DNA of 62,996 bases, filler included, from Globobulimina sp. (GCA_003354225.1; 51 parts of 51 records of this genome joined end to end with filler, not necessarily neighbours in it), one strand, 5' to 3'. Positions 13,374 through 25,287 are shown, counted from the first letter of the whole stretch. Notes: generated by a model from the letters alone, not told the origin. Made by a program: numbers and translations.

Positions 13374-13889
13374 TTGGTTGATACTACAACTGTCCCTAGT
13401 TGAAAACATTAGACTATGGCTAACTAAGTTTTTTTCGAGACCGTTACATTTCAAGTCTACTTATGTCTAAGAGGATTGCTTGCCAGCAGCGTGGATTAAT
13501 AAATAGTCCTCACTCTATNNNNNNNNNNNNNNNNNNNNNNNNNNNNNNNNNNNNNNNNNNNNTTAATTAATTAANNNNNNNNNNNNNNNNNNNNNNNNNN
13601 NNNNNNNNNNNNNNNNNNTTTCTACCCACAGCCAGAACAATATGAAATGCGCTCTGTCGTATGTTTAGATGAAGCTTTCTTTGTTCAAAAAGACATCGAA
13701 GAATACACCACTCCCGGCCTAGTAAACCAAGCCCAATCGACAAACACCAACACCTTAAACACAAGTCCTATCCTCAAACCTCGCGGCGATGCCATCTCAA
13801 TCACCTCATGGCACGATTTCGGTATACAATCCATCCACATACACATTACACACACGTGCAAGGATAAAAAATATATAAATACACCCACT

Positions 13890-14756
13890 ATGACAGAATT
13901 ATGCGTCGAGGATGAGTCCTTATTCGACGAAACAGAAATATCATCGTATACAACCACAAACTACTCCGTCACCACCGCAGCAACCTCCATCTTCCAATCG
14001 CCGCGCTACAACACCATCAAACAAAGCACATTGGCCAAGCTCAACGCCGTCAACGACGATCCCGAAGACGCTCAAGACCTCAACGAAAACATCGACCTCA
14101 ACCTCGACGAGGATAACCCACACAAACTCTTCCAAAACCTACACAAATTTCGCAAATCCTTCATCGCCAAACGCAAAGCCTCCGGCGTCCACGACTTGGA
14201 CGACAACACTGCGTTCAGTGCACCGCCGACCAGCAGATCTGACGGCAGCTATCATCGGAGACTGCATACCTTGGATCTGGACAAAATAGACTTGGACAAA
14301 ATGCACATGATGGACGAGTCTGAGGTCTCTGAGCTCGATGACGAGCACTATGAAGAGAAAAAACATAGTCACTGCATAGCGCCTGAACATAGCGACGATA
14401 ACAAGCCTTCCACGCCGATCATGACCATACAACACGCCATCGAAGGCAGTCGCGAATTGGGTATTGACGACATCGGCGTTATTAACGACATCACCGACGA
14501 TGACGACAACACCATCGAGGAAAACCTCTACAAATCGCCCAAACTGAAGCATTTACGCAATATATCTATAAAAAAAAAGTCGCAGTGTGACGAAACCAGC
14601 ACGAATGTCGAGTTTGAGTTAGATATTGACCACAGTCACAGTCACGTTGGTAACGGCAACCACGGCAATGTGGATATGGACAGTGGCGACTTTATGGAGT
14701 TGCAGAACCATTTCAGTGTCCAACGGAAGTTAAATGGGCCCCGCGGCAGCATGAAG
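13890..14756 (+). CDS. Acidic low-complexity hypothetical protein, 5' part
   Basis: Long open frame; no domain recognised. Confidence 0.45.
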
Positions 14757-14856
14757 NNNNNNNNNNNNNNNNNNNNNNNNNNNNNNNNNNNNNNNNNNNN
14801 TTAATTAATTAANNNNNNNNNNNNNNNNNNNNNNNNNNNNNNNNNNNNNNNNNNNN

Positions 14857-15994
14857 AATTTCATGAAAATAATGCGAATGATGTGCAACATAATTAATTA
14901 TGACTTTGATATTGATGAATTTGAAAAAAAATTTATTGAGAAAAATATCGATTGAAAAATATTTATTAAATGAAAGCCGGAATTGTTGGACAGCACGGCG
15001 TTTGCTAAATTATTCAAAGCGATCAAAGGATTTTCAAAGAAACAAATTGCTGCAATTTACCGAGAAATTAATAGATGGAGACCAGAGAAAGAACATAAAT
15101 CCGCAGAAGTTGGACAGAATGAGAAAACAGATGAGAAGAAAACAGATAAATCCGCAGAAGTTGGTGTCGGCGATGAGAAGAAAACAGATGAAGAAGAATC
15201 AGATGATAATAAACCACAAACTGACATTTATGATCTAGGAACAATTTATTATTATTGGGAATCACTCCGATATCATAAAGATTATATTGAGCCAAATTAT
15301 AAAGATTTAAAAGAGGAAATGTTAAATAATACATTGTTTAAATTTAAGGTATAGTGCAGGAATTAAAATGCGTCAACATATGATAGCAACAGCTGTTCAT
15401 TTCATGTACAAAGTACAAACATCACAGCTATCATATGTTAATACATTATTGCAATTTTGTTCTACGTTAAGGTAAAACAATGGGATGATTTACGGCATGA
15501 ATGTGAAATCTTGCTGAACACAGAAGCGATAAAGATTGTGATTTCTAATGGTTATCATGAAGGAATGTATCATATAAAACAGAATGCTGCATTTTCGATG
15601 AACCATATTCTTGCACTAAAACTGTATACTGATTATTCTGATTTATGTGCTGCATTTTGCGCAACATTAAGAAGACAAAAAGAAAATAAAGTTGCTGAAA
15701 TTGCAAATTTGGCTAAAATATTAACAGAATGCGTGCTATGTTATGGTTCGTCACTGAAAGGAAGCAAACGCGATATAAGATATTTTCGCGGTGTTAAAAA
15801 AGCATTCCAGTTTGAAATGTTTATCACCAGATTTAATTTACCAACCAGCACAACGGTTAGCTTTAACAAAGCTGTTGAATTTTCAGGTGGTACAGGTCTG
15901 GTGATTGAGTTAAGAGAATTCAAGGAGACATATGGTGTATTCCAATTTGAGTCTTTTACATTATCTGCATTTCCGGAGGAGAGACAAGTAATTT
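14857..15994 (+). CDS. R-S-E type ADP-ribosyltransferase-like protein; intron 15349-15471; two in-frame TGA at 14953 and 14971
   Basis: LKLYTD, YFRGV, PTSTT, SAFPEERQV; GT..AG splice joins FKFK to VKQW in frame. Confidence 0.6.
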
Positions 15995-16094
15995 NNNNNN
16001 NNNNNNNNNNNNNNNNNNNNNNNNNNNNNNNNNNNNNNTTAATTAATTAANNNNNNNNNNNNNNNNNNNNNNNNNNNNNNNNNNNNNNNNNNNN

Positions 16095-16301
16095 AGTCCA
16101 CGGATCAAGTACCCACCTGTAGTCTTCACCAACGGCTGATTGATATGGCTGACTACCAGGAACACCTATTCTTAATGAACCATAATTAGTAGTCAATTCA
16201 AGTCTCTGATTATCTCCATTAATTGGAGCAAAAATAGCATTACCATTTGAATTGCTTTGAGCATTTTTAAACCAGCCAGAAATTGTTACTGGTTGACTCA
16301 T
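16095..16301 (-). CDS. LamG/concanavalin-A-like domain fragment
   Basis: PVTISGWFK...AIF...LEL...W pattern; short and truncated. Confidence 0.3.
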
Positions 16302-17332
16302 ATCTCTTCCTTCTCCCCATAATGTTTTTACTTGTTTAACTTTTTTGCTATTATTTTATACTGGCGTGAAAACACAGGGCGGCGTTGCTGCTCATATCGC
16401 TATTTATATTAGAAACTTTTTAAATGTTTTACACCACGCGGTGTACGGCGGGGTCAGAGCGCTGGTGTCAGGTGTGTTTTAGTTTTTGCCATTTTGATAA
16501 AAAATAAACTACCGTAATCTTTTTAACGAAAAGATCGACAGGTCTGACGCCAGAATTATGCTATACTGCGCAGCTTTACTGAATGGCGCAACACACGCAA
16601 ACAACTATGTAACAAAAATGTGGACCAGGCAGGAGAAAGTTTATGGCGTTTATTGTGGGATTTTTGATATACAAATTAATAAAATCAACTCTACAATGTC
16701 ATTAACCGAAATGTCTAAAATTAACCAATTAAGTTTTTATGCCCAAACTGTAAAAAAATGGTGAGGCGTGGTGGTTCTACATGTTTAAAAAGGTTTGAAC
16801 CAAATCCGACACTTATTGACTGAGTTGCTCACGATAATTAGCTCTAATTAGCTTGTAATTAGGTCACTTCCGGTCACTTTCGAGAAAAGCTATTCTTATG
16901 TGTAAAAACTAGAACAGTTTATAAAAGTACTTTAAGTAAATATGTTTTATATACCTTTCATTTTAAGTTTAAAACGTGACATAAGAAGTTTTGTACTTTG
17001 TCCTTGCATTATGTCTTTATCTAACTACATACATACCTATACCTACCAATAGTTTATCAGTTTATGTCAAGTAAACAGACACGCATTACTTCCTTTCTCT
17101 ATACTATAGAGTTGACAAACATTTATTATACTCTTTATATTTATATTCAAATAAAATGCCTCTCTCTGACAGAAATGATGAAATACTTTTTTCTGCAAGA
17201 CCAAATTTGCTCAAAATATCAACTGATACAACNNNNNNNNNNNNNNNNNNNNNNNNNNNNNNNNNNNNNNNNNNNNTTAATTAATTAANNNNNNNNNNNN
17301 NNNNNNNNNNNNNNNNNNNNNNNNNNNNNNNN

Positions 17333-17789
17333 ACAACAAATCTTTTGAGCGAGTACCATAAATATATTTCATAGGAACAAATGGATAAAGTTTAAAATAC
17401 CTATTTACAGCTAAAAATGTTCTCCACCCTTCAAAAAATGCAACAAATAATATTGATGAAAGCGGGAATTTTATCCGTGTGTTTATAAGCAATTTCGCCA
17501 GTGCTACGTGATAAGTTTTATCTCCATAATTGGATGGGTCTTTGACTACCATTCCACCATAAAATATTATAAATTCTTTTCCTTCATATTGTAATGGATT
17601 TATTTTAAATCCTTGAAATCCAACAATTTTATTTGTTTCTTCAATCACAATAATATGAGTGTAGTTCTTTAAGAATTGAATCCATTTTTCGTAATCTATC
17701 CCTTTATAATTTGCTGAAAACAGTTTGAACATTTCGGACTTCAATTCATTGGTTAATGCATCGTATGTTGTGGTGTAAGACATTGGCAT
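17333..17789 (-). CDS. GNAT-like acyltransferase-fold protein, N-terminal 152 codons of a wrap-around 242-aa ORF (continues at 18351-18080)
   Basis: MFKLFSANY..IVGF..IIFYGG.VVKDPSNYG..GWRTF; the frame continues through the terminal overlap. Confidence 0.75.
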
Positions 17790-18079
17790 GATTGCTGTAA
17801 ATTGATTTCAATTGATCGATTTCAATTAATGTGGTTTTGTTTTTGCTTTTGTTGGTGCAGTGTTGGTGTGTGTTTTTTTACTGTGTTTATTTTTAGACTG
17901 TTTTATTTTTTTTGAGTTTGTTATTTGTATGTAATTCGTTTGTTTGTTGTTTATGATCAATTAAACTTAGGCAATTAACTAAAATTAGCAAATAATTTTC
18001 ATAATGTATGAATAACAAATGAAAGCTAAACTTAATTTAATTTAAAGAAACATTCCAAACATACATAAAATCATAAGAT

Positions 18080-18470
18080 TTACAATTTTGATGTTGGATA
18101 CAACTTTTTAATCAAAAGCCGTTTGGACCCCAATACAAGGTTGTAATACGATAACTCACCTATCATTAAAACACCGTCACCACTTTTTCTATTCGGATTA
18201 TGCTTCAATAACCATTTGATTTCAGGAGTATTTTTTAGTTTATCTGGCAACGGTGAGATTATATCTTCTTCAAATACAGAGTCTTGCTCACGTATTATAA
18301 GATTTTTCTCTTCATCATAATCGTCAGCAAATAATTGTTTTCCAATAAAAGACAACAAATCTTTTGAGCGAGTACCATAAATATATTTCATAGGAACAAA
18401 TGGATAAAGTTTAAAATACCTATTTACAGCTAAAAATGTTCTCCACCCTTCAAAAAATGCAACAAATAAT
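18080..18470 (-). CDS. C-terminal part of the same GNAT-like ORF, ending SKL-stop
   Basis: LFADDYDEEKNLI...PEIKWLLKHNPNRKSGDGVLMIGELSYYN...PTSKL. Confidence 0.75.
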
Positions 18471-18586
18471 NNNNNNNNNNNNNNNNNNNNNNNNNNNNNN
18501 NNNNNNNNNNNNNNTTAATTAATTAANNNNNNNNNNNNNNNNNNNNNNNNNNNNNNNNNNNNNNNNNNNNTATGTAAAACAAACAG

Positions 18587-19508
18587 GTAAAATATTGTGA
18601 TGGTTCGAGTTATTCATCCAATAACCGAACAGTAGTAAGAATCAGCGATGATTTATCATTACACTTTACCGGATTCCGTATCCTTGAGGGTGTGTTTGAT
18701 GAGTTGATGCATTATGGTTATGGCAATGCCTCTGATTTACTGTTTTCTGGCTGTTCTGCAGGTATATATATGTAGTTACTGCTTACTCTGTGCATAAAGT
18801 TGCATATCGGAAAAAAATATTAGGTGGAATTGGGACTTTTATGCATATGGATTATATTTATCATAACAAGTTACCAGAGCCGACGCATATGGGTGCAATG
18901 CCTGACAGGTTGTAGTTGTTTCACTTTTACGTGGGACTGCTTTGTTAATTTGTATAATGTACTGTATATAGTGGATTCTTTTTGGAATATGAAGGAAAGG
19001 GAAAGTTGATGACTGCCACGAAATGGCAATATGAGAATATGAATACTACGGCATCATTAAATCAAGATTGTGTGGCTGCGCAGGCCAAAGGATATGAGTA
19101 TTTATGCCATTTTGCGCAGGAAGTGGTGCCATTTTCATTTGTGAATGTGTTTGCATTGCAATCTGAATATGATAGTTGGCAAACTGGCAATATGTTGGTT
19201 AGTGATAATGCAGCTGACATTAATGCGTATGGCAAGAATTTAACTGATACAATAATGGCAAATTATGCAACTGGAGCGAAACATGATATTTTTTTGGATT
19301 CGTGTGCACATCATTGCGGTTTGTTATTTATACCATATATTTGTTGATGCATTTGTTGACTAACACAGGCGAGTGGGATAATATTGAAATTGATGGGTAT
19401 TTAGCAAGACGTGCTCAATATGATTGGTATAACCAATATGCGTTACATGGTCCTGTTTTCTATCAAAATAAAACATATCCATGTGATAGTTGTTGTAAAC
19501 TAAATTGA
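18587..19508 (+). CDS. Pectin acetylesterase/Notum family esterase, 3' part; introns 18762-18823, 18909-18971, 19319-19368
   Basis: Spliced product has YCDGSS, SGCSAGG nucleophile motif, PDSGFF, QSEYDSWQ, FLDSCAHHC. Confidence 0.9.
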
Positions 19509-19526
19509 TGTGACAAGAAATGGCTT

Positions 19527-19707
19527 AGTTTCGTTTCATTTCATTTCAACGATTGGCAATGTTTTTGGGTTAGCTAGAGTGGTTTTCAACTTTGAATACT
19601 AGGATTACTAGGTCATCGAATACTAGGTCAACTTCGAATACTAGGTTGAAAACCACTCTAGCTAACCCAAAACTTTGCTAATCTTTGAAATGAAACGAAA
19701 CGAAACT
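19527..19707. mobile_element. Palindromic MITE-like element: ~63-bp imperfect inverted arms around four TACTAGG repeats
   Basis: 19527-19590 is the near reverse complement of 19645-19707; the arm recurs at 47922-47961. Confidence 0.7.
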
Positions 19708-19807
19708 NNNNNNNNNNNNNNNNNNNNNNNNNNNNNNNNNNNNNNNNNNNNTTAATTAATTAANNNNNNNNNNNNNNNNNNNNNNNNNNNNNNNNNNNNN
19801 NNNNNNN

Positions 19808-20944
19808 TTGAGATAAATAATAATATAAAATGTGTTAACATTGGTTGTAAGCGAGAGATGAAAGGGAAAGAAAATAGATTTATGTTCGAAGATATTAATA
19901 ACAAAGAAAAAGTAATGCGGGGTCGAATAGAATTTATTGGTGGCGAATTAATGAAAGAAATGAAAGAAGAGATTGAATATTCAGAAATCGATGAGATATC
20001 ACAAAGAGAGTGTTATTATTTAGGTGTCATTGTATGCGATGAGAATGAGGCTGTAAATTGCCAGAAAATAACTGCTGGAAATCTAATATTAAAAGATGTA
20101 AATAATAAACGCATCAAATTGGACATATCAAATGCATTAAATGCACAAGAATTTATTTCTTTATTCCCAGGACAAATAATTGCGGTCAAAGGCATAAATT
20201 GTATGGGAAAAGAGATAAATGTCAAGGAAATATATACAAATGCGGCCATTATGAATAATATGAATGATTTGAATGAAGAGTATGATGATGAAATGAGTGA
20301 TGATGGAATATTATCGATAATGGTTGGTTGTGGCCCATTCACTGCACAAAATAGTTTACAATTTGAAGGCTCTCCGTTGTATAATTTTGGCGAATGTGTT
20401 GCTAAAAATGGTGCAAATATTATCATTTTAATGGGTCCCTTTACCGATATCAATAATGAGTTAATTAAAAATGGTGATATTAATTGTACGCATCAGCAAT
20501 ATTTCATCCATTTATTGCGGCAATTTATTAATAAATTTATTACAAATAATCAGAAATTAATAATTATTCCGTCCACAAAAGATGTGCATCATTTTACTTG
20601 TTATCCACAGCAAAGATATGAAATAAATGCAATAAATCAACTCAAAAAAAAGAATCTATATTTTTTGAATAATCCCTCTGAGTTTACAATAAATAATATT
20701 TCCGTTGGCGTGAATTGCACCGATTTTTTATGGGACTGTAACAGAGTGTGTTTAATACGGAATGTGTCTGGAAATGGTCGATTATTATCGATGATGTCGC
20801 ATTGTCTCAATCAACAACATTTTTATCCATTGTATCCATGCAATAAAGCTTTGCGAATCGATTATAATAAGCACAAATATTTATATATGCACAAGAAATA
20901 TGATTTATTTATAATGCCATCCAATTTGAAAGAATTTGCAAAGA
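19808..20944 (+). CDS. POLA2: DNA polymerase alpha subunit B, internal fragment
   Basis: SLFPGQIIAVKGIN, GPFT, ILMGPF.D, IIPSTKD..H..YPQ, NP, FYPLYP, IMPSNL. Confidence 0.9.
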
Positions 20945-21242
20945 NNNNNNNNNNNNNNNNNNNNNNNNNNNNNNNNNNNNNNNNNNNNTTAATTAATTAA
21001 NNNNNNNNNNNNNNNNNNNNNNNNNNNNNNNNNNNNNNNNNNNNAAGCTATATAGATGGAGCCGATGGTTGATCCGATAATCATACCTGTCACAGCCCAG
21101 GGTTTGTATTCTTGTTTTTTCGTAGATGATAAGGGTATTGCATTTGATATAGTGTCATATAGAGCATTGGCAAACGAAAACATGACTATTAAAATACTAT
21201 AAACTGAAGTGCTTTTTGAAAAGACAAACGTTTTTTTTTAAC

Positions 21243-22181
21243 ATGTCACCGTTTACAACTATGATTCCAACTGTTCTTATTTTAATTTTACATACTCATT
21301 CACAAAGCTTGTACATCTTACAACAAGAACTTTTAACATGGGATGGATCAGAGGCTTCATGTTTGTTTAATTACGATACAAATCTAGCATCAATCCATGG
21401 AACGACAGATGGCACCGACGCAACCACCACAGCAAATGCAAATGAACCATGGATTGGTCTGAATGATATAAATACAGAGGCTGAGTGGATATGGACTGAT
21501 GGCACAGCATGGGACTATGGAACAACGTTTTTCGAAGCACCATGGAATACAGTTCAACCCGATAATTTTAATTCGGATGAAGATTGTGTTCATATCATAC
21601 CAGATGGAAAATGGAACGATAGACCATGTACTGATGGTAGGTATGCATTGTGTGGTTATCCTGAACCTATTCCAATAATGGATGATCCCTCAAATTATCT
21701 ACGAATACCAGCATATAATAACACCATTGGTATTGTGGATGTATTGGATGAAATTCATATTGAATTCGACATTATATTCACATCATTCCCTGCCACCGGC
21801 AGATACGGCTCTATATTACAAATCGGAGATTTAGCGGACCAAAGATTGCCTGCGATTTTTGTTTTTGAAGGACAGGTATCATATTATATTATAAATTGTT
21901 TTCATGTGCATATATAGTGTGTACATAGCATTTTCATTCAACCTTTTCAACCATCACTGAATGGAACAATGTATTTAACTCCAATAATTTAGGAAACTTA
22001 AACTTAGGCGTTTCATATCATTATATGTTGCACCAAACACAAGATTCAATGCAAATAACGGTGAATGGTGCTACAGTGTATAATGGGTAGATTGACTCTC
22101 ATTCAATCATATTTAATCGGAAAATGTATTTAGGAAATGAATGGAATTTCGGTGGCGCATTATTTGATTCACAAGTGACAA
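21243..22181 (+). CDS. Secreted C-type lectin domain protein with a downstream LamG-like region; intron 21876-21928; in-frame TAG at 22088
   Basis: LASIH, WIGLND, WIWTDG, QPD, EDCV, WND..C. Confidence 0.85.
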
Positions 22182-22353
22182 NNNNNNNNNNNNNNNNNNN
22201 NNNNNNNNNNNNNNNNNNNNNNNNNTTAATTAATTAANNNNNNNNNNNNNNNNNNNNNNNNNNNNNNNNNNNNNNNNNNNNGTTTGCTCATCGTCATTGC
22301 CAAAAAATTAAATAAATAAATTAAACAACACACACAAATAATATAAACATTAT

Positions 22354-23340
22354 TTATTGTTGATTATGTGGTTCATTTTGAAATTGTAGTTGACAGAATT
22401 GGGTATTATATCCGAATTTATTTGCAGCTTCAACAATTTGATTAAATTCATTTGGTCTATGTTCAGAGAATGTGCATGGATCATTAATCCAGCAAACAAA
22501 TAATGTTTTAGTATAACTAATTAATGTATAAACGCAACATAAATAAATTACCAGTCCGAAGGTTGCCGCAATAACTATATTCTCATTGAACTCTCCGACA
22601 GCAACACAAACCAAAACGATTACAATTAAATTTAGTATTGCCCCCAACCACAATGGTATTGTTGTCTACGTACATATTATAAACAATTAATTATATAATA
22701 TACATTTCATTATTTTTTTCCGCGCAGAAAAACATAAATTTGTATCGTAACTAAATCATCGTTTATTAAGGCTCCAATACCTCGCGATTTGAACATACTC
22801 CACACATTTTCAGCAGATTGCAAATATGGCCCACCATACAATGCAACATAAACAAAGGCGTAGCTATTTATATATTCTACAATATCACCAATGCAATCCA
22901 GTATGCATCGGAATATACATAGTAACGCGTAAATTGCCGCATTCTCAACATTCTGTCGTTGTAAATACCTAAGAATCGCGGATAACGCCCTAATAACTGC
23001 TTCAATCAACGCACCAAAACATATTGATCCAAACGAGGTCGTTGCTGCTCTTTTAAAGCTATTCTTGGTCACTCCGTCAACGGTGTCACTATAAAACCAA
23101 GTGCCCATTACACCGCAAGCAGTGACATGAGCCACATTGACACAAACTATGTTATGCCAATAAATCAAAAAGAAAATTAAAAACATTGCCAATATTTGCA
23201 ATCCTGACGATGATAAACCATTCGTGGCACCAACAAATACCAAAAAATCAATTACCAATAAAATAATTGAAACAAGACTCATAAATAAGTTCACAAACAA
23301 TGGGGAATAAAAGGACTTGAATACTCCAATTACGATTTTC
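22354..23340 (-). CDS. Choline transporter-like (CTL/SLC44/Pns1) protein, 3' part; intron 22666-22751
   Basis: HVTACG, SFKRAATTSFGSICFGALI, NSYAFVYVALYG, LINDDL, TLFVCW..DP. Confidence 0.88.
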
Positions 23341-23518
23341 TTAAATTCAGTTCAGTTCGGAATAAAAAAATAGAATTTTGCATTGTAAAAAAATAAAAAT
23401 AAAAATTAAAGGTATTTCNNNNNNNNNNNNNNNNNNNNNNNNNNNNNNNNNNNNNNNNNNNNTTAATTAATTAANNNNNNNNNNNNNNNNNNNNNNNNNN
23501 NNNNNNNNNNNNNNNNNN

Positions 23519-24655
23519 TTTCATTAAAAAGAACCCAGAATACGTCGTATTGCAGAAAGATTGGCGTAATTTCTTTAACAACGTCAGCAGAAAAATCACA
23601 TTAGATCTCATACACCGCGTAGTGCCTACTATGTACCCTCAGGCTTTCCAACTATATCATAAACCATATTACATATATATGGCCAACAACGAGTGGTTAG
23701 CCAATGAGGAAGGTCTCGACCAAGGCAGTACGTCGTCGAATACCATCACTGCCGTCGTCTCAAAGTACTTCAACGAAATCGTATTGAAGAAATGCATTGA
23801 AATTAAGCCGGACTTCGAAAAACGAGGCGAAGCGGGGTATGTCGACGACACATTCGAATTATTGACAATCGCCGACGCAAATATTTACATCAAAGTCATT
23901 AAACTATTGGGCCCCGTCTTTGGTTTCATTCTCAATGAATCCAAAAGCGTCATAACGTGCAGTGGTCACCGTGACGCGATATGGGACCTTTTATCTGATG
24001 ATCTGAAACAATTTAAAATCAAAGAACACGCAAACTCCGAATGCCTGAACATTCCAATAGGTTCAGAGGAATATGTGTTGCGACAAATGGACATTAAGAT
24101 CAATGAAATCAAAAAGAGTATTGCCAAAATTGCGGGGATGGACCTAACCTTCTTACAACTTAAAGTTATGAAGGATTACATCAACATATCCCGTATGATT
24201 TATTGGTTCCACTCCGTACCGCCGAAGATCAGTTTGATGGTCGCGAGGAAGTACGACACGATGTTACGCGAATTATTATCAATGATGGGAGGATTTATTT
24301 TATCGGACGACGAATTTTTACAATGTAGCTTATCGACGAAAAAAGCTGGTTTGGGTATGCGCACCGCAACGGATAAAATTAGCGCGATCTATTTACCATC
24401 GATCTTCGCCGCGAAAGAGATATGTAAAAAGTTATTGGACTCTAACATTTATGATGATTTCATGCACGTTATTGATGAGCGAATAGTTTACGCGATGTCA
24501 TTGTACAACGCGTCTGTTTCTGCGAGATATCAAATATCGGACTTCAACGCAACAATTCACACAACCAAATGGATGATAAATGCCATACAATCCTTACAAT
24601 TGAACCGGTTGCTGGCCACAAAGACAGGCAAACATAAAGCGGCCTTATTATCGCA
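23519..24655 (+). mobile_element. Early-branching non-LTR retrotransposon RT (CRE/SLACS-like), internal fragment
   Basis: GLDQGS, YVDD, GFILNESKS, LNIPIGS, SRMIYW..VPP, LSTKKAGLGMR, AIYLPS. Confidence 0.75.
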
Positions 24656-24755
24656 NNNNNNNNNNNNNNNNNNNNNNNNNNNNNNNNNNNNNNNNNNNNT
24701 TAATTAATTAANNNNNNNNNNNNNNNNNNNNNNNNNNNNNNNNNNNNNNNNNNNN

Positions 24756-25287
24756 TTATAATTAAATTGTATAATGTTACTGTGTGTATTGAATTATTAT
24801 TGCACCAAATGGACTTATTTGATGGTGATAAAGCATTGAAATCTGCGATACGCATTTTTAATGATTGAACATTTTTAAATGCAGTCAAATTTACATCCGC
24901 GGATTCCTGATTCTTAATATACACTAAATCTAATTTTTGAATTTTTGGCATTGTGTAGCATGCAATAAATGTTTTCCTGTTACATTTGGCCAATCGGAAA
25001 TATTGTCTATAATTTAAATAAGATGCACATTCACTAATTAATTCCGATGGTAATTTATCAAAACAATCATATGATATAAATATTTGTGGCTCATCTTCTC
25101 TGTTATTAATAATATCGGATTGGATCTTTGTAACTGTTGCTGTTTCATTGAGATTGTTTTTAAAATGATTGAATAATAAAGTTGTGATTAATTATCTTCC
25201 TATGCCTTTAGCAAATTGATAGAAAAATTCATCATCACTCAATTCAGAATCCAAGTTTCGAAACCTTATCAAAGGAAGTAGCGACAT
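24756..25287 (-). pseudogene. F-box-like protein with a single in-frame TAA at 25192-25194
   Basis: ATG at 25287 gives 31 codons, TAA, then an open frame with FDKLPSELISECASYL..LAKCNR. Confidence 0.55.

Larger units (their letters stand above)
17333..18470. repeat. Exact 119-bp terminal direct repeat (17333-17451 = 18352-18470): circular or tandem 1,019-bp unit
   Basis: First and last 119 nt of the contig are identical base for base. Confidence 0.95.

Noticed and set aside
17333-18470. Obelisk/viroid-like RNA or CRESS/nanovirus segment interpretation of the 1-kb circle
   Set aside because: No evident rod-like self-complementarity, ribozyme core or Oblin motif; the only TATTAC-like word (TCGTATTAC, ~18143-18151 minus) is non-canonical, inside the ORF and lacks a good stem. 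Not formally excluded
23519-24655. Prokaryotic retron/DGR/group II intron RT
   Set aside because: Thumb-region motifs fit eukaryotic CRE-like non-LTR elements; no ncRNA or template repeat seen
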